Part shown: piece after piece, positions 38,797-48,264 of the stretch | How the letters are laid out: each line of letters opens with the position of its first letter | Position numbering within the stretch: the stretch's first letter is position 1 | Assembly: GCA_964570345.1 (NCBI GenBank) | Contig: CAZMXY010000006.1 | Coordinates: forward strand, 1-55,635 | Length of the DNA: 55,635 nucleotides | DNA from: an uncultured Rhodothermales bacterium | Lineage (GTDB): Bacteria; Bacteroidota; Rhodothermia; Rhodothermales; VXPQ01 | Direction of reading: 5' to 3' | Made by a program: the position numbers and the translations under genes | The notes under the pieces: generated by a model | What the model saw: the letters and a program-made list of their open reading frames with translations, nothing else | Told to the model about the DNA's origin: nothing | Database searches by the model: none

Positions 38797-40910
38797 GGTG
38801 CGGTGGAATGTCGGTCGGGCGATTTTTCGTCATCGTCGCGCTCTCAGGGCTCGTCGGTACCTCGGCTGTTGCGGCCCCACACGGTCCCGACCCGCTCGGC
38901 ACGGCTGATGCGGCTCTCCACCATCCCCACCGTCTCGGCTCGGCAGGTGCGATTCGTACCGACTCGCTATACCACGACGCAATGGAGCCATGCGGTTCGA
39001 CGCCGGGCGCTGAGGTAATCACGCGCGAGGACATACGAAACGCGGGGTTAGTCCGCCTGAGCGAATTGTTTCGTCTATCGGAGAAATGGTACGCCTACTC
39101 CATCGACGGCTATCGGTGGGATGCGCAGGCAAGTGGTCTGTCACCCGCCTCGAATCCTCGATGGTCGCTGGTCATCGACGGCAAACCGGTCGACCTCGGG
39201 CTGATGGGAATCCAAAGCCTCGACGTCGCACCCATCCACATGAACGAGATCGCGTGCATTGAGCTGGTGTCCCGGCCGGCCGTCGTCGCCGGGGCCGTGC
39301 GTCCGTTCGGCACGATTCACGTCACCACGTACCGTCCTCGCCTCGGCCTGACCTTCAACGCCGGCGTATCGGCGGGCAACGAGATCAACGATCCGGGACC
39401 TTTTCTCTATACGCCTCAGGCCACCGCGAACGTGGACCGTATCGGGCCCGTCGGAACGGGGAGGATCGAACTCCGCTCCGACCGCCGATTCGCGCGGCTG
39501 TCCGGCAAGCTAGATGAGTTTCACGCGACGGATCTACAGATGGATCTCCGCGCCAAAGAGCTTTACGACGCCGACTCGAAGCCGCGCCTCAACGTGCAGG
39601 CCGTTGCCCTTACGGCCGGTATGGATGCAAATTGGGGTACGCATAGTTTGCTCGGCGGATACAGCGACACCGACGACCTGATCTTTCTCACCGCCCTCGG
39701 TCTCGAGGTCCCGTCGACCCGACGATTCGACTATCTCGGCGGCGGAGGCACGTTTCGACTCGGTCCGGCCGAGATGCGTTACCGCGGCGGATACCTCTCT
39801 CACGACCTCGTAAAGCGCCAGAATGCGGCGGATCTTGAGTTTGACTTCCGCAAGCGGCTGTATTCGGGAGCTCTCGAAAGTCGGATTCGATCAGGACCCG
39901 TCGGGGTATCTGCCGGCTGGTCGATCGACGTGACGGACGTGCGTTCGACGCAGGCACTGAGCGAAACGAAGACCCTGGTGACGCAAGTATTCGGCGAAAC
40001 GACCGGGTCCGTCGGCGGACTCGTGGAAGCGACGCTCCACGCAGCGTGGATTCAGGCCGACGAGCGCCCGGCCTTCGCCCTCTACCACCATCTCCACGTA
40101 ACGCCGGATCCGAATCACCGGATCGATCTGACGGCCTCACTGTCGCGGCGCACGACGTCGATGGACGAAACGCTGTGGCGGTGGACGCGTGTCGGATACG
40201 GACTGCCCGATCTCCCGTTGGAGGACGAGGAGCCGGCCTCGGGAAGCATCGAAGCATTTACGTCGCAGCCCGAGCCACGACTCGTCACGATTGATCTTGA
40301 GTACGCCGGTCGGGTCGCCGACGTCTTCCGGTACTCGATCGCCGGTTATTACCGGCGCTCCTTGTCGGAATACCTCCCCGTCTACGACCTGGCATACAAC
40401 CGACGGTCGTCCGGACTGACGGCGAAAACGCGCATTCAAAGCTTCGTCTCCGGTCACTACGCAGGGATTTCGGCCAGTGTCGGTCTCCGTCTGTTTCGTC
40501 GCCTGACGCAGCGGGTGACATACGTGGCCGAAGGTGCGACGGCGGGGGATCGGGCGTTCGAGGACGTACATGCTAGGGTGCCGGCGCAGCGCATCGCCTA
40601 TACCGTCACGTACTCGCCCGTAGATCGCTTCAGCCTGTTCGCACGAGTCCGGTATCACGTCGGCACGGTGTGGCAGGAATACCAATCCGTTGCGGCGTCT
40701 TCTAACGGATTCTATCCGGCCGAGCTGCCGGATGCGCTTCTAGTCGATTTTGCCGCGACGAAGCGATTTTGGAAGGACCACGTCGTTGCAAACGTCTCCG
40801 TCCGAAACGTGATGAACGAACCTCATCGCATGCATCCGATCGGCGCGATTTTCGACATGGCTTTCCATTTCGCCGTACGAGTGTCGTTCAATTCGGAGGC
40901 CGGATTCTAG
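38793..40910 (+). CDS. TonB-dependent-receptor-like outer-membrane protein (atypical plug plus barrel)
   Basis: 705 aa. The ATG at 38793 overlaps the upstream stop (ATGA); the ATG at 38808 (MSVGRFFVIVALSGLVGTSAVAA) is the alternative. The plug-like segment is EVITREDIRNAGLVRLSELFRL...LVIDGKPVDL...MNEIACIELV. The long barrel ends with an OMP beta-signal ...FAVRVSFNSEAGF. Confidence 0.7.
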   Translation: MRCGGMSVGRFFVIVALSGLVGTSAVAAPHGPDPLGTADAALHHPHRLGSAGAIRTDSLYHDAMEPCGSTPGAEVITREDIRNAGLVRLSELFRLSEKWYAYSIDGYRWDAQASGLSPASNPRWSLVIDGKPVDLGLMGIQSLDVAPIHMNEIACIELVSRPAVVAGAVRPFGTIHVTTYRPRLGLTFNAGVSAGNEINDPGPFLYTPQATANVDRIGPVGTGRIELRSDRRFARLSGKLDEFHATDLQMDLRAKELYDADSKPRLNVQAVALTAGMDANWGTHSLLGGYSDTDDLIFLTALGLEVPSTRRFDYLGGGGTFRLGPAEMRYRGGYLSHDLVKRQNAADLEFDFRKRLYSGALESRIRSGPVGVSAGWSIDVTDVRSTQALSETKTLVTQVFGETTGSVGGLVEATLHAAWIQADERPAFALYHHLHVTPDPNHRIDLTASLSRRTTSMDETLWRWTRVGYGLPDLPLEDEEPASGSIEAFTSQPEPRLVTIDLEYAGRVADVFRYSIAGYYRRSLSEYLPVYDLAYNRRSSGLTAKTRIQSFVSGHYAGISASVGLRLFRRLTQRVTYVAEGATAGDRAFEDVHARVPAQRIAYTVTYSPVDRFSLFARVRYHVGTVWQEYQSVAASSNGFYPAELPDALLVDFAATKRFWKDHVVANVSVRNVMNEPHRMHPIGAIFDMAFHFAVRVSFNSEAGF

Positions 40911-40979
40911 CCCGTCCGGTCGCGGTGGTGCCGGCGTGAACGGGTCCCTGGACGCTCGGAGGCGGGCGATCGGCGCGAA

Positions 40980-41735
40980 CTATTCGAGACGGAAGTGAAA
41001 CGTTACGACGCCGGTCTGCACGTCCTGGGGGGCGTTGGGCGGGAGCGGATTGAAGGTCCAGCGCGCGAGGGCATCCATGACGGCCTGTTCGAGTGCGGGG
41101 TTACCTTTGAGCAGGGGAAGACGCTGCACGATTCTCCCCTGGGGACTCACCGTAATTCGCACGCGAATCGTGGCGTTGACTTTCTCTCGGTACGCGGGAA
41201 GAGGTGCGTACAGCGCATTGCGGTCGAGACCTTCGATCTGGAACGGTGCGGCCTTCTGCTCCTCGGATCCCTCTCCTTCCTCTCCGCTCGCCGCGCCGGA
41301 AGTGCCGTCAGGAGTGCCGCTACCCAGCGGCTTGATCGGCCTCGAAGCCTCGTCCGGTTCGTTCTTCCGCACCTCTTCCGGATTGTTCTTGACCTCGGGC
41401 GAGATCGTCTCCGTCTCCGGGGTGGTGACTCGGTCCTGATCGGCGATCTCTTCCGGCTGATCCGGAAGGTCGACGGGCTTCGCCTCTTCGGGAGGAGAAG
41501 CCGCCTCGTTCTGAGGTTGGACCGGCTGCTCGGTCGGGCGATCTTGCGCGGCATCCGGATTCTCGATCGGCGCCTGCTGCACGGGTCGGCCTTCCGTGAA
41601 CGGGCCGAACTCTACCTCGACGAATCCAAGCTGCGCCGTTTCCGGCGCCGCCGCCGTAAGAAACGTCATCAGAAAAAGAAGCAGGGCGTGGGCCGTCACG
41701 CTCGCCGTCAGTCCGATCCAATCATTCTTCTTCAT
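40980..41735 (-). CDS. Energy transducer TonB-family protein
   Basis: 251 aa. N-terminal TM anchor (LTASVTAHALLLFLMTFL), Pro/Glu-rich spacer, and a C-terminal TonB_C-like fold (IRVRITVSPQGRIV...PALEQAVMDALARWTFNPL). Confidence 0.8.
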   Translation of the reverse strand: MKKNDWIGLTASVTAHALLLFLMTFLTAAAPETAQLGFVEVEFGPFTEGRPVQQAPIENPDAAQDRPTEQPVQPQNEAASPPEEAKPVDLPDQPEEIADQDRVTTPETETISPEVKNNPEEVRKNEPDEASRPIKPLGSGTPDGTSGAASGEEGEGSEEQKAAPFQIEGLDRNALYAPLPAYREKVNATIRVRITVSPQGRIVQRLPLLKGNPALEQAVMDALARWTFNPLPPNAPQDVQTGVVTFHFRLE

Positions 41736-41815
41736 ATGCCTACCGTTGCCTTTCCACGCCGTAGAAGAGGTCCGTGAGTCCAGTAAATTCGCTTGATTCG
41801 TGCATGATCCCGTAA

Positions 41816-42874
41816 TCAGGCGATCAGTTCGGCGAGTAGCATCCGTAGATGCTCCTCATATGGAGGGCGAACGACGCCGCGTTCCGTCACGATCGCCGTC
41901 ACCAGCTCGCCCGGCGTGACGTCAAAGGCGGGATTGTACACCGCGATGCCCTCGGGAGCGGTCGGGCGTCCGAAGCCGTGCGTCACCTCGCTCGCTTCCC
42001 GTTCTTCGATCACGATCGCGGTCCCGTTCGGCGTCTCGAGATCGATCGTCGAGACGGGCGCCGAGACGTAGAAGGGAATCTCGTGCGCCTTCGCGAGAAC
42101 GGCCAGCGAGTACGTTCCAATCTTGTTCGCAACGTCACCGTTCGCTGCGATCCGATCCGCACCGACGAAGACCGCGTCGACTCGGCCCTCGCGCATGACG
42201 TGTCCGGCCATCGAGTCGGTAATCAAGGTCGCCGGCACGCCTGACTTCTCAAGTTCCCAGGCCGTGATCCGGCTGCCTTGCAGCAGAGGACGGGTCTCGT
42301 CGACGTACGCTCGAAGGTCCACCCCTTTCTCGCGGCCGAGCAGGAGCGGTGCCAGCGCCGTGCCGTATCCCGACGTGGCCACCCCACCCGTGTGGCAGTG
42401 CGTCAACACCGTCATGCCGCCGTGCAAGAGCGACAGGCCGTGCTCGCCGAGCCGCCGACCCGCCTCGAGGTCGTCTTGAAAGATGGCGTGGGCCTCCTCG
42501 AGGAGGCGTCGTCTGAGTGCATCCACGTCTACGGGCCGGTTCGTGCACTGCTCGTCGACCGTGCGCTGCATGCGATCGAGCGCGTAGAACAGGTTCACGG
42601 CCGTCGGTCGGGTCGTACGCAACAGATCGATTGCCGCTTTCGCCGCCTCGCAAGGATCACCCGCAGGCGCGGGGTCGTGCCTCAAGGCCAGGACCACACC
42701 GTAGGCCGCCGCGACCCCGATGGCCGGTGCTCCGCGAACACGGAGCATGCGAATCGCTTCGGCCATTGCTTCCGGTGTCCGGATGTCTAACCACACCTCC
42801 TCCAGAGGCAGCCGCGTCTGATCGAGAAGATCAATCCGGGCCTCATGGTCGATCCAGTGAAGCGGTGGGATCAT
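41816..42874 (-). CDS. mtnA: S-methyl-5-thioribose-1-phosphate isomerase
   Basis: 352 aa, eIF-2B alpha/beta/delta-related. LDQTRLP, RVRGAPAIGVAAAYG, VLTHCHTGGVATSGYGTA, VGADRIAANGDVANKIGTY, NPAFDVTP. Confidence 0.9.
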   Translation of the reverse strand: MIPPLHWIDHEARIDLLDQTRLPLEEVWLDIRTPEAMAEAIRMLRVRGAPAIGVAAAYGVVLALRHDPAPAGDPCEAAKAAIDLLRTTRPTAVNLFYALDRMQRTVDEQCTNRPVDVDALRRRLLEEAHAIFQDDLEAGRRLGEHGLSLLHGGMTVLTHCHTGGVATSGYGTALAPLLLGREKGVDLRAYVDETRPLLQGSRITAWELEKSGVPATLITDSMAGHVMREGRVDAVFVGADRIAANGDVANKIGTYSLAVLAKAHEIPFYVSAPVSTIDLETPNGTAIVIEEREASEVTHGFGRPTAPEGIAVYNPAFDVTPGELVTAIVTERGVVRPPYEEHLRMLLAELIA

Positions 42875-42956
42875 TACGGTTGAGCGCTGATAGTTAATAT
42901 ACCGGCTCCGTTGCGCGGACGGTGCGCGATGCCAATTCGTCTAACGCAGAAACGAC

Positions 42957-43865
42957 ATGACGGCTCCGAAGCACATACCACGTCGTACGGCGATTCTCGA
43001 ACTCCTGCTCGGGTGGATTGAGGCGCGCGACGACGATGGCGGCGTTCGGTGGCTGCGGGACACGCTGGGCGAACTCCGTCGAGGCGCACCGGAATGGCGC
43101 TTTTTTACCAGTTTCAGTGCCGTTCCGCGACGTCTCGGAAAGAGCGACCTGCGCTTGTCGGACGGCGATTTGAAAAACGCCCTCACCGAACGTGCAGGGT
43201 GGGACCCGTCGCGCTGGAGCATCGATCAGGCCGCCCGAACGGCACTCACGCTTGCTCTGCCGAGTGACGATGCCGATGAATATGTCGCGACGCTCGACAA
43301 AGTCTTTTCGACGGCCGACGTGGGCGAATCCGTCGCGTTGTATCAAAGCCTGCCGCTCCTCCCTCATCCCGAGCACTTCACGTCGCGCGCTGCCGAAGGC
43401 CTACGGAGCAATATGACGTCCGTTTTCAACGCGGTGGCGCTCGACAACCCCTATCCGGCCGAATACCTCAGCGAGGCCGCCTGGAATCAGATGGTGCTCA
43501 AGGCCGTATTCGTCGGCAGCCCTTTGCACCGCATCTTCGGACTGGACACGCGTTCGAATGCGGACCTGGCGCGGATGCTTGTCGACTATGCGCGGGAGCG
43601 GCGGGCCGCCTCGCGATCGGTCGAGCCCGAGCTGTGGCGTCCGGTCGGGCCTTTCATCGACGATGCGATGATTCACGATCTGGACGTCGCCTTGCAGGGC
43701 AGTCGCGACGAGGAAAGTCAGGCCGCGGCCCTCGCGCTCCATGCCTCCGGCTCGGAGCCCGCCCTGCGCCTGCTCGAGTCGAAGCCGGATTTGAAGCAGC
43801 AAATTGAGAGCGGATCCCTCTCGTGGGCTATAATTGGCCGGAACCGCATCGTATCGGAGTCATAG
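42957..43865 (+). CDS. eboA: EboA-like protein (first gene of ebo-type cluster; no known catalytic domain)
   Basis: 302 aa, ATG start, alpha-helical, no motif of a known enzyme family. The assignment rests on its position as the first gene of a cluster with the exact ebo gene order, and on its general length and character. Needs an HMM check. Confidence 0.65.
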   Translation: MTAPKHIPRRTAILELLLGWIEARDDDGGVRWLRDTLGELRRGAPEWRFFTSFSAVPRRLGKSDLRLSDGDLKNALTERAGWDPSRWSIDQAARTALTLALPSDDADEYVATLDKVFSTADVGESVALYQSLPLLPHPEHFTSRAAEGLRSNMTSVFNAVALDNPYPAEYLSEAAWNQMVLKAVFVGSPLHRIFGLDTRSNADLARMLVDYARERRAASRSVEPELWRPVGPFIDDAMIHDLDVALQGSRDEESQAAALALHASGSEPALRLLESKPDLKQQIESGSLSWAIIGRNRIVSES

Positions 43866-43877
43866 TTTTTCATCTGA

Positions 43878-44828
43878 TTGTCGACCTCTCCAATGCTTCC
43901 TCATCCCCAACTCTACGTCGATCCGCACGTTCACATGATCTCCCGCACGACGGACGATTATGAGAAGATGCGGGATGCCGGCGTCGTCGCCGTGATCGAA
44001 CCCGCGTTCTGGCTCGGCCAGCCGCGCACCACGGTCGGATCGTTCATGGATTATTTTTCGATGATCGTGGGGTGGGAACGTTTTCGGGCCGGGCAGTTCG
44101 GAATCCGTCATTACTGCACGATCGGATTGAATGCGAAGGAGGCGAACAACGAGCCGCTGGCTGACGAAGTGATGGAGCTGCTCCCCCTCTATGCGATGAA
44201 AGAGGGCGTCGTCGCCATCGGCGAGATCGGATTCGACGACATGACGCGGGCTGAAGAAAAGTACTTCGGCATGCAGCTCCAGCTCGCCAATGAGCTCGAC
44301 ATGCTCGTGCTCATCCACACGCCCCATCGCAACAAGAAAGAGGGCACGACGCGAAGCATGGACCTCTGCGAAGAGCACGGCCTCGAGCCGTCCCGCGTAA
44401 TCGTCGATCACAACAACGAAGAGACGGTCAAGGAGGTGCTCGACCGCGGGTACTGGGCCGCGTTCACCATCTATCCGCACACGAAGATGGGTAACGAACG
44501 CATGGTGGAGGTGGTGCGCCGTTACGGCTCCACTCGGATCTTCGTCGACAGCGCGGCGGATTGGGGCATCAGCGACCCCGTTGCCGTACCGAAGACCGCT
44601 CGGCTCATGCTGGAGCGCGGGATCTCCGGTGACGACGTCACGGCCGTCACCTACGGCAACGCCCTCGAGGCGTACGGTCAGAGCGGACAAATCGACGAAA
44701 AGGACTGGATGGAGCCCGCCGCGATCGATCAGCGCCAGCTCTACGGAGGCAACTCCGTCTTGCGCGGCGGCCAGGCGCCGGTCGTAGACGCGCAGATCGC
44801 GGATCGAAACGATCTCATCATCGAATGA
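43878..44828 (+). CDS. eboB: TatD-family metal-dependent hydrolase (EboB)
   Basis: 316 aa. Amidohydrolase-fold metal ligands: YVDPHVHM (HxH), AIGEIGFD, LIHTPH, VDHNNE, FVDSAAD. The track start at 43878 is TTG; the ATG at 43893 is the alternative. It lies 12 nt after the eboA stop. Confidence 0.8.
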   Translation: MSTSPMLPHPQLYVDPHVHMISRTTDDYEKMRDAGVVAVIEPAFWLGQPRTTVGSFMDYFSMIVGWERFRAGQFGIRHYCTIGLNAKEANNEPLADEVMELLPLYAMKEGVVAIGEIGFDDMTRAEEKYFGMQLQLANELDMLVLIHTPHRNKKEGTTRSMDLCEEHGLEPSRVIVDHNNEETVKEVLDRGYWAAFTIYPHTKMGNERMVEVVRRYGSTRIFVDSAADWGISDPVAVPKTARLMLERGISGDDVTAVTYGNALEAYGQSGQIDEKDWMEPAAIDQRQLYGGNSVLRGGQAPVVDAQIADRNDLIIE

Positions 44829-45727
44829 GGACGTCCGTTCCGGTCCGGTTTCGCGCCTACATCGAGCTGACGAGGCCGGCCAACGTCGTCACGGCGTTTG
44901 CCGACGTCCTCGCCGGCTGCGCGGCGGTGGGGGTATTCGGATCATTCTCCGACGCCGGGCTGCCGCACGTTCTGTGGTTGCTCGTGTCGACCGGCGGCCT
45001 CTACGCCGGCGGCGTGGTATTGAACGACTTTTTCGATGCGGCCGTTGACGCCGTAGAGCGTCCGGAGCGACCGATCCCCAGCGGCCGGGCATCACGGAGG
45101 AGCGCCGCGGTGCTGGGCGCGTCGCTGCTTGCCCTTGGGATGGGGGCCGCGGCATTCGTTTCGACGACGTCGTTGCTGGTCGCCGCCGTGATCGTGTTCT
45201 TCGTCGTGGTCTATGATGCGGGAGGTAAGCGCCACTTCCTTCTTGGGCCGATCAACATGGGCCTGTGCCGAGGGGGCAATCTCTTGCTCGGCGTAAGCGC
45301 CGTGCCGGCCCTGCTCGATGAATTGTGGTTTCTTGCATTGCTTCCGCTCGTCTACGTCGGGGCCGTGACGGCCGTGAGCCGAGGCGAGGTTCACGGAGGA
45401 AGCGGCGCCACGGGCGTGCTGGCCATCACGCTCGCCGGCAGCGTGGCGGCCGCACTCTTCCTTCTCGGCATCCGGATCGGCTACCGAACCGTTCATGCGG
45501 CGCCGTTCGTGGTGCTCTTCATTTTTCTCGTCTTTCCGGCTTTCATGCACGCGGCGAGGCAGCCGTCGCCGGATGTCGTCCGCCGGGCCGTCAAACGCGG
45601 AGTCCTTTCGCTCGTCGTGATGGACGCGTCGCTGGCCGCGGGATTCGCGGGTTGGCCCATCGGGCTGGCCGTCCTCGCTCTGCTTCCGATTTCCGCGGCA
45701 CTGGCGCGTCTCTTTGCCGTCACGTAG
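44825..45727 (+). CDS. eboC: UbiA-family aromatic/polyprenyl prenyltransferase (EboC)
   Basis: 300 aa, ~8 TM helices. First Asp-rich motif VLNDFFDAAVDAVERPERPIPSGR. The ATG overlaps the eboB stop (ATGA at 44825-44828). Confidence 0.85.
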   Translation: MRTSVPVRFRAYIELTRPANVVTAFADVLAGCAAVGVFGSFSDAGLPHVLWLLVSTGGLYAGGVVLNDFFDAAVDAVERPERPIPSGRASRRSAAVLGASLLALGMGAAAFVSTTSLLVAAVIVFFVVVYDAGGKRHFLLGPINMGLCRGGNLLLGVSAVPALLDELWFLALLPLVYVGAVTAVSRGEVHGGSGATGVLAITLAGSVAAALFLLGIRIGYRTVHAAPFVVLFIFLVFPAFMHAARQPSPDVVRRAVKRGVLSLVVMDASLAAGFAGWPIGLAVLALLPISAALARLFAVT

Positions 45728-45835
45728 AATGGCGGGGTCGTCTGCGCGATCTTTTCTCGTCCGGTTCGGTTAGAGATGCGCCACACATATCGCGACTACC
45801 CACGGTCGCCGTCTCGAAGGAAGTAATGTGTACCG

Positions 45836-47035
45836 ATGCAGACCATCCGACAGGAAGTGAAGGTTGGGTTCCGATATGACGTCCACTTCACCGAAGGAGT
45901 GTTCGACGTCGAAAACAACCTGCTTGCCGACATCATCGAACGTTCCGACGACCCGTTTCCGCGACGCGTTCTCGCCGTCGTCGATCACGGTCTTCTCGAT
46001 CATTATCCCGAGCTGCTCAAGAAGGTCCTACGCTACTTGAACGAGCATAGCGCTCTCGAGAGCGCCGGAGCGCCGCTTACGATTCAGGGCGGCGAAACCG
46101 CAAAGAACGATCCGGGTGCAGTCGAGCGTATCCGCCGAGCGATTCATGCAAGCGGACTGTGCCGCCACTCCTACCTACTCGCGATCGGCGGGGGCTCGGT
46201 GCTCGATGCCGCGGGATATGCGGCCGCGACCGCGCATCGAGGGATTCGCCTGATCCGTGTGCCGACGACCGTGCTCAGTCAGAATGATTCGGCGATCGGC
46301 GTGAAGAACGGCGTCAATGCCTTCGGTACCAAGAATTTCCTCGGGACGTTTACTCCACCCTACGCAGTCGTCAGCGACTTTTCGTTTCTGAAGACGCTGG
46401 AGGATCGGGACTGGCGCGCCGGCATCGCCGAGGCCATCAAGGTGGCGCTCATCAAGGACGCCGATTTCTTTCGAGAGCTAGAGGAGAACGCACAGAAGCT
46501 CGCCCCACCGGTCCGTAGTCAGGATGCGATGGAATCGCTCGTCTATCGCTGCGCGAAGCTGCATCTCGAGCATATCGCGACGTCGGGCGACCCGTTCGAA
46601 ATGGGAACCTCGCGCCCGCTGGATTTCGGGCACTGGGCCGGGCACCAGCTCGAACAGCTGACGGATTACGAGCTGCGTCACGGAGAGGCCGTCGGCATCG
46701 GGATCGTCCTGGACAGCACTTATTCCCATCTCCGCGGCCTGCTCGACAAAGAGGACTGGCTCCGGATCCTCGGCCTCTTCAGCCGTCTAGGCTTCGACCT
46801 TTACGTCCCTGAGATGGAGCAGCGTTTGACCGAACCCGATCATCCTGCTTGCCTCTTCCGCGGGCTCGAAGCCTTTCGCGAACATCTGGGAGGAGAGCTC
46901 ACGATCATGCTGCTCGAAGGCATCGGCAGCGGAGTCGAAGTCCACGAGGTCGATCTAAACACGTACCGCGAGGCGGTCGCAAAATTGAGAGCGGCACGAG
47001 CCGTCGCCGAGAACGTCTACGATCGAGCGATCTAA
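45836..47035 (+). CDS. eboD: 3-dehydroquinate-synthase-like sugar-phosphate cyclase (EboD)
   Basis: 399 aa. DHQS fold: GGETAKN, LAIGGGSVLDAAGYAAA, IRVPTTVLSQNDSAIGVKNGVN, metal-binding His region (HLEHI...GHWAGHQLE...LRHGEAVGIG). No other shikimate-pathway genes are nearby. Confidence 0.85.
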   Translation: MQTIRQEVKVGFRYDVHFTEGVFDVENNLLADIIERSDDPFPRRVLAVVDHGLLDHYPELLKKVLRYLNEHSALESAGAPLTIQGGETAKNDPGAVERIRRAIHASGLCRHSYLLAIGGGSVLDAAGYAAATAHRGIRLIRVPTTVLSQNDSAIGVKNGVNAFGTKNFLGTFTPPYAVVSDFSFLKTLEDRDWRAGIAEAIKVALIKDADFFRELEENAQKLAPPVRSQDAMESLVYRCAKLHLEHIATSGDPFEMGTSRPLDFGHWAGHQLEQLTDYELRHGEAVGIGIVLDSTYSHLRGLLDKEDWLRILGLFSRLGFDLYVPEMEQRLTEPDHPACLFRGLEAFREHLGGELTIMLLEGIGSGVEVHEVDLNTYREAVAKLRAARAVAENVYDRAI

Positions 47036-47041
47036 GAATTC

Positions 47042-48256
47042 ATGCGCGTAGGACCCGACGATTTTTTCCACCTCACCTACTGCACGAACATCCATCCCGG
47101 CGAGTCCTGGCCCGAGGTCGAGTCCAATCTTAAGCGGTATGCGCTCCCGTTGAAAAGGCGCCTATCGCCGGAGGCGCCCTTCGGCATCGGCCTCCGTCTC
47201 TCCAACGAAGCCGCACGCGACCTCGTCGCCGACGACCGCCTCCCGCGTCTGCGCGAGTGGATGGATGAGAATGGGCTCTACGTGTTTACGCTGAACGGTT
47301 TCCCCTTTGGCGGATTCCACCGGCAGGTCGTCAAAGACCGCGTTTACGAGCCGGACTGGCGCACGGAGGCACGCGTCGAGTATACGATGAGGCTCATCGA
47401 CGTTCTCGAAGCGCTTCTCCCTGACGACGTCGAAGGGAGCATCTCGACGTCGCCCATTTCTTACAAGCCGTGGCTGACCGAAGCGGAGACCGCCGATACG
47501 CTTCAGGTCGGTGCGCGCAACCTGATCCGCATTGGGGCGAGGCTCCACGAGATCCATGAACGATCGGGAAAGCTCATCCACGTCGGGATCGAGCCTGAAC
47601 CGGACTGTCTCATCGAGAACGCCAAAGAAACGGTAGACTTCTTCAACGATTACCTCCTTCCCGCTTCCGGAAAGCCTCCCGGCGGGCCCCGGGGGCGCAA
47701 TAACGGATTTCCGATCGACGCCGATCTCCTCCGCCGTCACGTCCGCGTTTGCTACGACGCCTGTCACTTCGCCGTCGAGTTCGAGAATCCGAGCGACGCG
47801 CTGACTCGTTTCGACGCCGCCGGCATCCTTCTGAGCAAGATCCAGATCAGCTCCGCACTGCGCGTCGACCTCCGCCAGGATCGTGGCACCTTGCTTGAGG
47901 AGCTTCGTCCCTTCGCCGAATCGACGTATCTGCATCAGGTCGTCGCGCGGGACGCGGGCGGGCGACTGAACCGCTATCGTGACCTTCCTGACGCGCTGCC
48001 CCGCCTTGAAAGCGATCGGGCCGAGGAATGGCGCATTCATTACCACGTGCCCATCTTCCTGGAACGGTACGGCCTGCTGCACTCCACCCAGTCCGATTTG
48101 CTGCATAGCATCGACCTGATCCTGGCGGATCGCCGCACGGCCCATCTCGAAATCGAAACCTATACGTGGGAGGTTCTTCCGAATCGGCTTAAGACGGATG
48201 CCGTCACGTCCATCGAACGCGAATTCGATTGGATACGGGGTCGGATCACAAGCTAA
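47042..48256 (+). CDS. eboE: Xylose-isomerase-like TIM-barrel protein (EboE)
   Basis: 404 aa, starting 6 nt after the eboD stop. Beta/alpha-barrel pattern with conserved acidic/His positions (GIEPEPDC, VCYDACHFAVEFE, HLEIETYTW), as in sugar-phosphate isomerase/epimerase-fold proteins. Confidence 0.78.
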   Translation: MRVGPDDFFHLTYCTNIHPGESWPEVESNLKRYALPLKRRLSPEAPFGIGLRLSNEAARDLVADDRLPRLREWMDENGLYVFTLNGFPFGGFHRQVVKDRVYEPDWRTEARVEYTMRLIDVLEALLPDDVEGSISTSPISYKPWLTEAETADTLQVGARNLIRIGARLHEIHERSGKLIHVGIEPEPDCLIENAKETVDFFNDYLLPASGKPPGGPRGRNNGFPIDADLLRRHVRVCYDACHFAVEFENPSDALTRFDAAGILLSKIQISSALRVDLRQDRGTLLEELRPFAESTYLHQVVARDAGGRLNRYRDLPDALPRLESDRAEEWRIHYHVPIFLERYGLLHSTQSDLLHSIDLILADRRTAHLEIETYTWEVLPNRLKTDAVTSIEREFDWIRGRITS

Positions 48257-48264
48257 GCGGATCC

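Noticed and set aside
47162-48145. 327-aa minus-strand ORF inside eboE; likewise 43860..44690 inside eboB and 48856..49605 inside eboF
   Set aside because: These are antisense frames to genes that fit a conserved six-gene cluster with tight junctions. They show no domain features and have a biased R/V/D composition.
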